Shown here: in pieces, positions 33,666 through 46,651 of the stretch
Numbering within the stretch: the first letter of the stretch is position 1
Layout: every line of letters starts with the position of its first letter
NCBI GenBank assembly: GCA_038087875.1
Contig: CM075992.1
Coordinates: 8,062,001-8,126,000, forward strand
Direction of reading: 5' to 3'
Source: Malacoraja senta
Lineage: Eukaryota
DNA length: 64,000 nucleotides
Made by a program: the position numbers and the translations under genes
The notes under the pieces: generated by a model
The model's database searches: none
Seen by the model: the letters and a program-made list of their open reading frames with translations, nothing else
What the model was told of the DNA's origin: nothing

Positions 33666-36600
33666 TTTGTCTCCACTTCGTTGTTGTGGGGGAATTTCTA
33701 TACTTGAATCAATTACCAAGTGCTGCGAATCTTGGAAGATTTTGTAACTTGTTTAAAATTCACTAGAAAGAGTGTCCCAGAGTAAAAAAGCTCCACTGGT
33801 TTGGAAAAGAAACCTTGCAAATTCCAGGGACCAAAATATATTACAGATGCTGGAAATCTGAAATAAAACGCTGGAAATAGACTGGAACCCAGGATCATTG
33901 ACATTGTTTCTCTCTCCTCAGTTGCTCTCTGATCTGATATGTCCTTTTGGCATTTTCTGGGTTATTATTCATTCTGTTATTTAAATGTTTCAAAGCTAAA
34001 ACTTTGTAAAGGCCACTGGTTATGTGCAACAGGCAGTACTAACTGAGGTCTGGGGTGATGTATACCATAGGTACAGGGCCAACAGTGTGTGTTTGACCTC
34101 AAGAAGCACATATCTGGGGGAGGAAGAAGGGGGGGGGGTTGCGGGGTGGGAAGAGGGGTTCTGATTTATTCACCAGAGTAAGGGAAAATCTAGTTGCCTC
34201 CGTTCAAAGTGGCAATAGAGAGAAAGGCACAATGTACAAGTAAGAAATCTATAACACAGGGAATAGTCTCTCCTCACAGGATGACTGCAATTGATTAAAG
34301 CGTTTCAAAAAGCAAAGGACTATAGATCAGGAAATAAAAATAGAAAATGCTAGAAATGTGCACACATGTACTTATAGTCACACACACGTGTGCAAGCATA
34401 GCTATGTCTTAATGTGAGTGGCATTTGTGGAGAGGGAAACACAGAATTACTGTTCCAGGTTGATGGCTCCCAAGAGGTCATCCTTACAAATTCTTAATCA
34501 TTTCTATCTCTGCAGATCATCCTTGACTTAATATTTCCAGCATTTTGTTTTAATTTCCGGTTTCCAATATCTGTGGTATTTCCTTTTCTGAACCATGCTG
34601 TCTGCTTCTCCATTATGTGCACCTTCTCTCTGTTTTGCTCTCACGTTTTCCACATCCTCTGTTCTGCATGGTGTGTCTTGCTTTCCCTGGTCTACACTCT
34701 TATACGTACACTGTTCTTTCACTCCTGTACTCCCTTTCGCACTCTCACCATTTTGTGACCTGTAACCTTCAGAAAAGTATTTAGTATTGAAAACCAGAAA
34801 CTGCTGACAAGACCCTACTTGCAGGGAAAGAATGAGCAAACTGTTGTGTATTGGCGTAATCCTCTTATCAGAACTGGAAGGTATTTGAAGGGTAATAGAC
34901 CACTCTAAAGAACAATAATGTACAAATTGAACCTGCCTTGTTTCAACTTGCAGTAGTTTGTTTAATGTCTCCCTTCAGGGTCAGGGGAGCTGTTTCATTG
35001 CTGCAGAACACACATGATTTCTGATTCATCCAGAGGGGAATGGTTGTTGTATTGCACCCTCAGTTTCATTGTTTCAAAATAGTTTTTCGGTGAACATTTT
35101 CATGAAGATGTGTAGGAAGGAACTGCAGATGCTGGTTTAAACCGAAGATTGATCTAAAAAGCTGGAGTACCTTTCTCTCCAGCATCTCTGGACAGAAGGA
35201 ATGGGTGTTTTGGATCGAGAAGGGGCTCGACCCAAAACCTACCCGCTGAGTTACTCCAGCTTTTTGTGTCTACTTTCATGATGAAAACGATCCTTTAAGT
35301 TTGAAAGAGTCATTGGCAGATGAGTATTGTACAGTTACTATTTGAATGAAATAATTGAGATTGGCCATCTAATTATAATGGTCTGTCTGCGACAAAACTC
35401 TGATTAAACTAATTAAGCAAAAAATCATCAATGGAATGGAACAAATGTACAACAAATAGTCCAGGGCAGGACGAGCTATTCTAATTATGTTCTAGGGTAA
35501 CATGAAATCAATGATGATGGAGGCAATCTTTCTATAATTTCAAGCAGTGTTTAGCATTGAGAGATTCTCAGAATCAGTTTGAGATTGAAGACCAAATGAA
35601 GTTATCTGGATTTCAATCTTTTTATTTGCAACTAATCACACTGAGACCTACCATAAACAAAGATAAGGGGAAGAATCTGTTTCACCAGCAGACCTGCTGT
35701 GGCCAGGGTATTTGTCTCATCATCGGTAGATTTTTAAATGCTCATCATCTGTATGTGATTTTTATCTGGAAATAAATTTGAAGTAGAATTTAGCCTTGAT
35801 TTTGTGTTCAGAAAGAGCATTATTTTGTGTGTTTAACTGCGACCAGGGTTAGAGGGCCATGGAGGGTTAAACACAGAATACTTAGTTTAGAGATACAGTG
35901 TGGAAACAGGCCCTTCAGCCCACCATGTCCACGTTGACCAGCGATCCCTGTACACTAGATCTATCCTACACCATGGGGACAATTAATAATTTTTTTTACT
36001 GGAGCCAATTAATCTATAAACTTGTATGTCTTTGGCATGTGGGAGGAAAGCGGAGCAGCCGGAGAAAACCCCTGCAGTCACAGGGAGAACGTATGAACTC
36101 CATAGACAGCACCCATGGTCAGGATCGAAGCCAGGTCTCTGGCGCTGTAAGGCAGCAACTCTACCACTGTGCTGCCAGAATGTTCATGCAGTTGGAAGAA
36201 GGAATGGGTTCAGGAAAGGCAAAAGGATGCTGAGAGCATGGGAAAGAATATGTGAATTATAAACAATGTCCAACATTTAAGAGTGTAGCAGCGAGCAAGG
36301 TTAAAGTACAAAAAGTAGAAGTCTAAAGGAAAGCCACTTATCTGAATGCATCAAGGACTGGTAACTTAGATGGTTACTACTTGTGAGATGGATGGTACGG
36401 ATAGAGATAAATGGGTATCATCTGCTCGCCATTGCAGACATAATTGCACGGTGATGAAGACTGGGAATATTATTATTCCACACATTTCAGGAGTGTAAAC
36501 AAAATAGAAAAGGCAGGGTATCTCTAATAATGAAAATATTAAGACTAAATGAAAACTTAGTGTAATTGTACAAAGGACATGTTTGATGGTTGTCCACGGC

Positions 36601-39180
36601 CTCCTGACTGACTACCATTGGATGATGTTTATATCAAGAAATAAAATAGATCTTTAACACAAGTAAAGTATGGCTCACCCACAAATATTCATGTTTAAGA
36701 AAGAACTGCAGATGCTGGAAAGTCTAACCACAAATAATCATGGATGACTAATCATCAGATTAGATAAATCATGTTAGCAAAGTTATCCCTGGACAGTTGA
36801 AACATTGATGAGATGACACATAGGCCCAACAATGGAAAAGAATGGTAAAATCATACTGGAGACCACAGCTTTAACGTGAGAGGGTCAATGCTTAAAGATG
36901 TGCAGGGCAAGTTTTTTAATGCAAAGATGGTGGTGAGTGCCTGGAATGCCCTGCTGATGTTGGTGGTTGGGGCAGATGTGATAGTGGTGTTTAAGAGACA
37001 TTTGGATAGGTATATGGATATGCAGGGAATGGAGGGATCTAGATTATGTGCAGGCAGATAAGAGTTGGTCTTGGCATCATGTCCAGCAGAGATTGTGGCC
37101 CAAAGGGCTTGATCAGGTGCTGTACTTCCAAGTTATTTCAAATCTGGTCATGTATAATGAGAAAGGTTTCATGGATAATTTCAAAAAGGGAATCTTAAGA
37201 GTAGTACAGTGGTTAGTTCCAGTGATCCAGGTTAGATCCTGTGGTAAGACCTGTCAATGTGGAGTTTGCATATGTTACTATTTCTATGATTCTATTTAAC
37301 ATGGTAGACCTTCACATTCAGTTTTGGGAGCACCAACTTTGGGTTGAAATCAACTAAGACTTTAAATAGTCACTATTATCAAGGTGAGGTTGAGTGAATT
37401 GGTGAAAGTGAACTTGGAAATTAGATTAAAAGATGTGTTGTGACGGACGTTCAATGATGGAATAGAGTAGTTTTTTCTGACCTGGCTGGATTGGGTAGAA
37501 TAACTTGGTTTGGCCTGGCTTTTGCATTAAATATTGTGTGGGTTGGCCTAACCTGGAAGTGTAGTATGGAGTGCATTTGATCTGAGCTCAACTGGGAGGG
37601 TAAAACAGGATGTATCTTTTCTGGCATGGGTGTGTGGAGTGGGATAGGTTTGGCCTGAATGGGGGGAACTGCACCCAGGGTTCTGAGTTAGCTGTTGATA
37701 TTATGGAGGCATTAATAGTGATCTTTCAGAAATCACTAGTCAGGAGTGGTCCCAGAGGACTGGAAAATGGCAAATGTTACTCCGCTGTTCAAGAAGGGAG
37801 TGAAGCAAAAGGAAAACAATAGGCTGGTTAGCCCGACTTCAGTGGTCGGTAAGATTTTAGAGTCCATTGAACAACATCAGCTGTTCTCACAAAGGCCTTG
37901 CATGATATCGGACAAATGAATGTAAGATATGCAAAAAGGTAACAATGATAAAGGAAACAGGCCATTAGCTGTTTGCTAGGTGAGAACTAGAAGCTGGTGT
38001 GACTTGGGTGGGGGGGGGGGGGTGGAATGTGACTGATGATCAACAGGAGGGAGATTGTGGAACCAATCTTGACATTTATCAATGTCTAACTTATTTTGCC
38101 GACATCCATATTATCTACATCATGTGGGATCCTCTTTACATTCTGGTCGCTGCTCACATTCCTCCCCAGATTTGTCATTCGCAAACTTAGAAACATTAAA
38201 TCAGTCAGCTCATCCAAATTAATATGAATAGCTGGAGTCCAAAAGATGATCTCTGGTTTCTCACTCTTAATTGCCTGTTACCTCAAAAAAATCCATTTAA
38301 CCAGTTTTCTATCTGTCCAGCACTTCTGAATCCATTCTAATGTAAGATCCCACTGCTTTAATTTTTCTCAGTGCCATCTATTGAAGTTTGGATTGAGTGA
38401 AGGGGGCCGAGACATGCCCAAGTTGGGTTGGGCCAGTGTTGTGACACTGTTCCAGTGTCTGGGTTGTTCTGGGCCAAAGTTGTGGTGGGGGCTAGGTCAA
38501 GTGGCAGGGGCCTGTGATGTGATGTGCCGGGTGGAAGGGGGCCGAGTCTGGGCCAATATTGTGATGGGCTGGGCAGGACCTGGGTTGGTTTGGGCCAGGT
38601 CAGATGCTGGGGTTGCCAGATATGTTGTTCTTGGCTGGGCTGGATAGAGGGGTTTGGGTTTGTCTGGGCCTGAGTTATTTTGGGTTGGTCTGGTTTGGAC
38701 TTGGTCTGAATTGTTCTGGATTGAGTGCAGGGAGCCGGGACTGGATTGGGCTGAGCCTATCTGGGTTGGGTTGTGGGCCGGGTCTGGATTGTTGTGGGTC
38801 AGGCTGTAGTGGGCCGGGTCTGGGTTTGGGCGGGTTGTGGTGGGCTTGGTTGCTATGGGTGGGTGTGGGCTGGGTCTAGGTAGTAGTGGGCTGGGTCTGG
38901 GTTGTAGTGGTCTGGGTTGTTGTGGGCCAAGTCTGGGTTGTTGTGGGCCAGGTCTGGGTTATAGTGGGCCAGGTTGTTGTTATGGGCCGGGCTGTTGTTG
39001 TTATGGGCCAGGTCTGGGTTGTTGTGGGCTGGGTTGTTGTTGTTGTTGTTGTGGGACAGGTTGTTGTTGTGGGTCAGGTCTGGGTTGTTGTGGGTTGGGT
39101 CATGGTTGCTGTGGGCCAGGTTGTTGTTGTAGTGGTGGGCCAGGTTGTTGTTGTTGGGGGCCAGGTCTGGGTTGTGTGCC

Positions 39181-39474
39181 GGGCTGTTGTTGATGTTGTG
39201 GGCCGGGCTGTTGTTGATGTTGTGGGCCGGGCTGTTGTTGATGTTGTGGGCCGGGCTGTTGTTGATGTTGTGGGCCGGGCTGTTGTTGATGTTGTGGGCC
39301 GGGCTGTTGTTGATGTTGTGGGCCGGGCTGTTGTTGATGTTGTGGGCCGGGCTGTTGTTGATGTTGTGGGCCGGGCTGTTGTTGATGTTGTGGGCCGGGC
39401 TGTTGTTGATGTTGTGGGCCGGGCTGTTGTTGATGTTGTGGGCCGGGCTGTTGTTGATGTTGTGGGCCGGGCTG
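39181..39474. repeat. Perfect 24-bp tandem repeat x12 upstream of MAP2K7
   Basis: Unit GGGCTGTTGTTGATGTTGTGGGCC, 12 identical copies 39181-39468 plus a partial unit; degenerate relatives extend left to about 38400. Confidence 0.97.
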
Positions 39475-40260
39475 ACCCGGGCCGTTCCACGCTGCGCCGC
39501 GCGGGGGCGGGGCGGTTGCCGGGCTGCCCGCGCCTGCGCGCTCCCTCTGCATCCCGCGCTAAGATGGCGGCCTTCTCCTTGGAGCAGAAGTTGTCGCGCC
39601 TGGAAGCCAAGCTGAAACAGGAGAACCGCGAGGCGCGGCGCCGGATCGACCTCTCCCTCGACATGAGCTCGCCTTCCAGCCCGAGGAGACCCCGACCAAG
39701 TAAGCGAGCGGCGCCGGGCTGCGGCGAGGGGGGAGGGGGGTGTGTGGGCCCAGTGCCCGCGGGCACCATCAGCCCCTCACTGCCCTGACAACGGAAACCC
39801 GGCCGCGTCACCGCTGTGGGCTGGACCCGCCCTGACGGACAGCCGCCCCGACCAATCACAGCGGCTGCCGGCCGGCGGGACCCCCGTACTTCCGCCTCCC
39901 GGGCCAATCACAGCGGCCCGTGGGCGGGACGTCCTTCCGACCGGCGCTGGGACGAGCCAGGGGTGGAAAAGTTGTTCAATTTCCCCTCTTACCGCCCTCT
40001 GCGGCGGATAATGGGGGCAGAAGCCACCGTTAGCTCCCTTCGCCACGGTCTTTGGTGGTCTGGGGGGTGGGCGGGCCGTAGTTGAGGGATGTGTCCCTGA
40101 CTGACAGCGGCGGCGGCCAATGGGATCAACCGGCCGCCTGTCACCAAGGAGACGTGGCCAATGGTTTGCCGCGTGCGGCGTTTCCGGTGGGCGGGACCAT
40201 GGCGGCCCCGCACTGCCCGGGCCTTGTGGCCTGTTTATTTATAAACACCCACCGCCGGGC
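39475..40260 (+). promoter_or_regulatory. MAP2K7 CpG island / promoter
   Basis: Dense CpG, GC box GGGGCGGGGC at about 39504, YY1-type AAGATGGCGG over the ATG (39561-39570), CCAAT boxes in intron 1. Confidence 0.75.
39564..39699 (+). CDS. MAP2K7: MKK7 coding exon 1
   Basis: MAAFSLEQKLSRLEAKLKQENREARRRIDLSLDMSSPSSPRRPRP, donor A|gtaagc (phase 1). Confidence 0.96.
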
Positions 40261-43200
40261 CACATCCAAGTAACTCAGCGGGACTCGGGTCGAGACCCTT
40301 CTTCGACATCCATATGAGGCTGTCAGATGCGTGGAAGATAGACACAAAATCCTTTATCTTTGCACTGTATTCTTGCATAGTCTTTGCTTTGACTGGATAG
40401 CACGCAGACAAAAGCTCTTTTCATTCTTGAATCTTGGTACACGTGACAATAATAAACCAAACATCATTTCCAAAGATGGACACAAAATGCTGGAGTAACT
40501 CAGCGCAACAGGCAGCATCTCCAGAGAAATGGAATGGGTGACATTTCGGGTCGAGACCCTTCTTTCGACTGACAGATGTGTGGGGTCTGCAGTCTCCCGC
40601 TTCCTGACTGGGGAGGGTTGTAGGTGCTTTCTCGTGAGCAATTGGTCATCGAAGTTGCAGTAAGCAGTGTTGTGGGGTAGGATGGCAGCATTGGGTTTCA
40701 GAGTTACATGGGCTGGCCTTTCTATTCTCAAAAGAAAAACACAAAGCACTGGAGTAACTCAGCGGGACAGGCAGCATCTCCAGTAAGAAGGAATGGGTGA
40801 CATTTTGGGTCAAGACCCTATGTCTATTCTCAGAGTGTTGTCTATTTGCCCTTTCACAAAATAATAGATCACTTGCATCACCGCACACAACATTAGCATA
40901 GATTAAAAAACAATCAGTTTAAAGTAAACAAGCACCTCAAACTGGAAACTTCCTGAGCAAGAATGGTTTATAAACTAGAAATACTTAGATTGGGCAGCAT
41001 CTGCTGTGACACACTCTCAGTTTGCTTGGAAAGGCCATTTATCTACCAGGAAAGTTAACTGCTGAAGAATTTGGAAATCTGAACTGAAGAAAAACTAAGT
41101 TCTGGAAGCACTCAGCAGATCGGGTGGCATTTGTGGGAAGAGAAACAAAGTTAACGTTTCTCATCAAAGACTGCTCATCATAATTGTGAAAAGAGAAGAT
41201 GAGTTAGTTTTAAGTTGTGGAGTGGAGATAGTGGTTTATAGAATAAAAGGATTATTTTTGAACTTGCAGGGCTTGGATTGTAGTGGTTATAAACTGCTGA
41301 CAAAGCTATCTGATTGTCGGTTGGTAAGCAAAAGTGAACAAGCGACATGTAATAGCTAAGAAATGCAGGCCAAGGGTGTAAGAAATGTCCAGCAGACCGG
41401 GCAGTTTCAGTGGAGAAAGAAAAACGGAGTTAATTTAGCAGATGAATAACAATTGCAGTCTGAAGAAGGTTTCCGACCCAAAATGTCTTTCTCCAGAGAT
41501 GCTGTCTGATCTGCTGAGTTATTCCAGCATTTTGTGGCTATCTTAGGTATAAACTAGAATCTGCAATTCCTTTTTATTACATGCAACTGAATTAGTCAGT
41601 TTCGATAAAAAGAGAAATCTCAAAATGTTGAATGCAATATTGAGTCCAGAAATTGCAAGGTGCCCAAATGGAAGATGAGCTGCTGTTCCTCAAGCTTCTT
41701 TTTGAAGGTGCTGGAAATTGAGGGTGAAAGTCAGTCGAATATGTCGGCTCGTGAGGACCAAGGGGAACTTTCTCCTTGTTCTGAAGATAGACACAAAAAG
41801 CTGGGGTAACTCAGCGGGACAGGCAGCATCTCTGGATAGCAGGAACGGCGAAGTTTCAAGTCCATACTTGTCCATACTTTGTTTTATCTGGGAAGAGAGT
41901 GGCTGCCCAAAGAGGAAGCATTAGTTTAAAAGAAAAAGGAAGGTACCTCTGTGGACAATCTTGTCATTGGAGCAGATGCAGTGGACACAGTGGAATGGAG
42001 AGAAAGCTTATCACAACCCACTCACCTTTGTACTGTCCATCAATTTTCCAAGAATGCTGCTGAACCTGCTGAGTGTTCCCAGTATTTTCAGATTTTACTC
42101 CATTTTTTTCATTTCTCAATTAAAGGAATTAATATGACGGCTGGAAAAGTGGAACTTAAGGAAAGCCTTAATGGCAGAGTTAAGATAGAAGTTCAACTCT
42201 GTTGACTTTGTATATAATTCAGTATAATATAATATAATACTGCAAGGAGCGCGGAAGGGAAGAAGTATCTGGTGTATTCACTCAAAGTCATAGTGCCTGA
42301 GAATTGTGTAGCACAAAACAGGCCCTTTGGCCCTCCTTGTCCATGCTGAACTCAGTCCCTTCATTTATCTATTAAAGAGGTAAACAAGTAAAATCCCATT
42401 CCACAGATTGTATATTAATCATATGTAAATGATCGAATTAAATATTGGGTTAAACTTATCTAGAAGTATATGTTGTGATAGGATGATGCTCCTTTTATTT
42501 AGTAAATTATTGAGAACTGAAGATACAAAAAATCAAAATGAATCAGTACTTCGTCAGGTCCTGATGCAGGGTCTCGGTACAAAACAATCTGCCTACACAG
42601 ATGCTGCCTGACCCCCTGGTTTTTTTTTTTTGCATTAGGAACTGAATGTTGAATCAAACATTCCTCCAAAAGATGTGCATGTTTTGATGGAAATTCCTTA
42701 GTCCCTAATATTCCTTGTACCTAAGATTTCTTGTGGTGCATTAGCTAACCTAGCTAAAAACACTGTTGTCAAGCTAACCAACGTTCAAAATGTGTTCATT
42801 TCAGATTGTTTTTGTTCATGTCAGCACTTAGTTTAGTGTATTGTCGCGTGTACCGAGGTACAGTGAAAAGCTCTTGTTGCGTGCTGCCCAGTCAGTGGAA
42901 AGACAATACATGATTACAATAGAGCCGTTTACAGTGTATAGATAGAGTTAAGAGCGTGGAGCGATTGGATTAGGAGTTTGTAGATCTGCTTCTGTGGCAC
43001 GCACGCAAATAGTCGCCTGGGTTGGGGGCCACCTGGCTCTGGTATATTTTTTCTTAAGGGTGGCATATGGGCTTTTGGGTATTTCGATGTGTACCTAACC
43101 CCAAAAAACCTCGGAACACATGACGATAATGTACCATTGAAATGACTGCCAATTAAAACGTAAAAGCACAACAGATCTGACCTCAATGACTTCGGGAATC

Positions 43201-43275
43201 CTAACACAGCGATAAACATGGTTTTACTCTATGTAACAAGTGCAGTAAACATTTAAGGATGGTGTAAATACACCT

Positions 43276-43809
43276 GGTACACAAAAATGCTGGAGAAACT
43301 CAGCGGGTGCAGCAGCATCTATGGAGCGAAGGAAATGGGCAACGTTTCGGGCTGAAACCCTTCTTCAGACTGATAGGGGGTGGGGAGAAGAAAGGAAAAA
43401 GACGGAGGAGGAGCCCGAGGGCTGAGGGATGGGAAGAGACAGACCGAGGGCTGATGAAGGGGAGGGGACAGCAAGGGCTAGCAGAATTGGGAGAATTCAA
43501 TGTTCATGCCCCCAGAATGTAGACTGCCCAAGCGGAAAATGAGGTGCATTTCCTCCAATTTCCGGTGTTGCTCGCTGTGGCCATGGAGGAGACCCAGGAC
43601 AGATGTGTCAGATGCGGAATGGGAGGGGGAGTTGAAGTGCTGAGCCACCGGGAGGTCAGGTTGGTTATTGCGGACCGACCGGAGGTGTTCGGCGAAACGA
43701 TCGCCAAGCCTCCGCTTGGTCTCACCGATGTAGATCAGCTGACATCTAGAGCAGCGGATGCAATGGATGAGGTTGGAGGAGATGCAGGTGAACCTCTGTC
43801 ACACCTGGA
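43276..43809 (-). mobile_element. Penelope-like element 3' fragment
   Basis: GIY-YIG remnant plus pLTR; 12-bp TSD gtaaatacacct at 43264-43275 and 43810-43821. Confidence 0.88.
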
Positions 43810-44759
43810 GTAAATACACCTAGTGTGTTTCCTCAAAGCCATGGCGTCCTAGAATTGTACTGCATGAAACAGGCCCTTCTCTCCACCTTGTCCATGCCAA
43901 ACTCAGTCCTTTCATTCAGAGCCTTCCATAGACCCGGGTTCGATCCCGACTACAGGTGATGTCTGTACGGAGTTTGTACGTTCTCGCCACCTGCCTGGGT
44001 TGTCTCCGAAATCTTCGGTTTCCTCCCACACTCCAAAGGCGTATTGGTTTGTAGGTTAATTGGCTTGGTAAATGTAAAAATTGTCCCTCGTGCGTGTAGG
44101 ATAGTGTTGGTGTGCGGGGATCGCTGGTCAGCGCGGACCCGGTGGGCCGAAGAGCCTGTTTCCGCGCTGTATCTCTAAACTAAAGTAAACTGTTCAGACC
44201 TGAAACTTTCATGCCAGTCCATTTCTCTCCACAGATGCTGCCTGACCTGCTGAGTTCCCTCGTGTGTGTAGGGTTGTGTTAGTGTGCGGGGGTTGCTGGT
44301 TGGTGTGGACTCGGTCGGCCGAAGGGCCTAATTCCATGCTGTATTTCTAAACTAAACTAAAATTTATCAATTTAAGCAGTAAACAAGTAAAATCACATTC
44401 CAAAGTTATCCATACGAAGGCTGTACAAAATCTTGTAAAGTGGAAAGTCTTGTAAAGTGGAAACTAGAGAATGCCAAACTGCTATTGAAACATCAAAACA
44501 GTATTGTGAATTGCGGAATGAATTGCCATATTTTCTTGTGCAGTGCTGGCTGTCAGTGCAGTGTTAAGTGGATAACGGAGTGAAGTATACAATAGCACCA
44601 CTGTACTTTAAGTTTATTAATGCCACATGTACCGAGGTACAGGGAAAGCATTTGTTGCGTGCTATCCAGTCAGCGAAAAGACAATACATCAAGCCATCCA
44701 CAGTGTACAGACACAGGATAAAGGTTATAACATTTAGTGCAAGATAACGTCCAGTAAAC

Positions 44760-45152
44760 GCCCCCTCCCATTCCCAAACTGACCTTTCTGTCCTGGACCT
44801 CCTCCATTGTCAGAGTGAGGCCCAGCACAAATTGGAGGAACAGCAACTCATATTTCGCTTGGGTAGCTTGCACCCCAGCAGTATGAATATTGACTTCTCT
44901 AACTTCAAATAGCCCTTGCTTTCCCTTTCTATCCATCCTCTCCCCTTTCCCAGTTCTCTTACCTGTCTTGCTGTCTCCGACTACATTTTATCTCTGTCCC
45001 GTCCACTCCCCTGACATCAGTCTGAAGAAGGGTCTCGACCCTGAAACGTCACCCGTTCCTTCTCTCCAGAGATGCTGCCTGTCCCGCTGAGTTACTCCAG
45101 CATTGTGTTGTCTATCTTCGGTTTAAACCAGCATCTGCAGTTCTTTCCTACA
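44760..45152 (+). mobile_element. Penelope-like element 3' fragment
   Basis: KLEEQQLIFRLGSLHPSSMNIDFSNFK* then pLTR. Confidence 0.8.
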
Positions 45153-45262
45153 CATTTTGTCTGCTCCACTGTGAAAAGTCCGATTAAAGATTGTTCGAAT
45201 GGGGAGAGCTCAGAAATTTAGCATGGCTCTTGGTTGGGGGCAGCCAGCCTATTCACTTTACT

Positions 45263-45870
45263 TAGAAACATAGAAAATAGGTGCAGGAGGAGGCCATTCG
45301 GCCCTTTGAGCCAGCACCACCATTCATTGTGATCATGGCTGATCGTCCCCTATCAATAACCCGTGCCTGCCTTCTCCCCATATCCCTTGACTCCACTAGC
45401 CCCTAGAGCTCTATCTAACTCTCTCTTAAATCCATCCAGTGACTTGGCCTCCACTGCCCTCTGTGGCAGGGAATTCCACAAATTCACAACTCTCTGGGCG
45501 AAAACATTTTTTCTCAGCTCAGTCTTAAATGACCTCCCCTTTATTCTAAGACTGTGGCCCCTGGTTCTGGACTCGCCCAACATTGGGAACATTTTTCCTG
45601 CATCTAGCTTGTCCAGTCCTTTTATAATTTTATATGTTTCTATAAGATCCCCCCTCATCCTTCTAAACTCCAGTGAATACAAGCCTAGTCTTTTCAATCT
45701 TTTCTCATATGACAGTCCCGCCATCCCAGGGATCAATCTCGTGAACCTACGCTGCACTGTCTCAATCACAAGGATGTCCTTCCTCAAATTAGGAGACCAA
45801 AACTGTACGAAATACTCCAGATGTGGTCTCACCAGAGCCCTATACAACTGCAGAAGAACCCTATACAACT
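45263..45870 (-). mobile_element. CR1 (HER1-like) LINE 3' fragment
   Basis: ORF 45353-45901 CR1 ORF2 C-terminus and TTTCTA-type tail. Confidence 0.9.
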
Positions 45871-46651
45871 GCACTTGCTCTGTGTGATAATGCATTGGCA
45901 AAGGAGAGAAATATGTTAGTAAGATAATATGTTATAAAAGACATTGAATGGGACTCATCCTCAGATGTTGAAGTGAAAGTTTTGGGTTTGACTGTAATTA
46001 TAATTTATAATAATCAAAGTGGTGTACTTTCTAACTATTTGAAACTTTAATTGTTCAAACTGATTTTGTGAATGGTGACCCGAAACATCACCCATTCCTT
46101 CTCTCCAGAGATGCTGCCTGTCCCGCTGAGTTACTCCAGCATTTTGTGTCTATCTTCGGTTTAAACCAGTATCTGCAGTTCCTTCCAACACAGTTATATT
46201 GTTTGTTTTGCTTCGGATTCTGACAAACCTTTCGGTAAATCATCTCTTTATCCAAACTAAATCTAGCTCTTGGTCTCGGAATGGAATTGTAAGCTCAGGA
46301 TCTCTTTGTTCTGAATTATCATTCTTTGTTTAAGAAGAACAATTGGTATTTATGCATATCTTGTCTCTTATAAATTTCTGTCAGATGTTAATTTGAGTTC
46401 TAATGGCAATAATAAACGTATTTCAAATGCCCCATTGTGTTATCAGTCTCCCTTGCCAAGAAAAATATATTTGAGGTCTTAAGCAAAGCAGTAAATGCTG
46501 GAGGAACTCAGTGGGTCAGGCAACATCTGTGGATGGAATGGACAGATGACGTTTTGAGTTGGAACCAAACACAGAATCTGAAGAAGGATCCCAACCTGAA
46601 ACATCATCTGTCCTTTCTCTCCACAAGACATGCCTGACCCCTTGAGTTCGC

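Noticed and set aside
38837..39193. Cys/Gly-rich ORF resembling keratin-associated or cornification proteins
   Set aside because: Arises from translating TGT/GGG/TTG-rich degenerate repeat; no independent gene structure
39181..39474. Regular repeats as a possible CRISPR array
   Set aside because: Units are contiguous and identical with no spacers; eukaryotic context; no cas genes
39074..39907. Minus-strand PGPQHQQQ and PTTSTTAR repeat ORFs
   Set aside because: Alternative frames of the 24-bp array, which is stop-poor by composition
40198..40273. ACCATGG-initiated alternative first coding exon of MAP2K7
   Set aside because: The apparent donor comes from a Penelope fragment and is phase 2, incompatible with the phase-1 downstream exons
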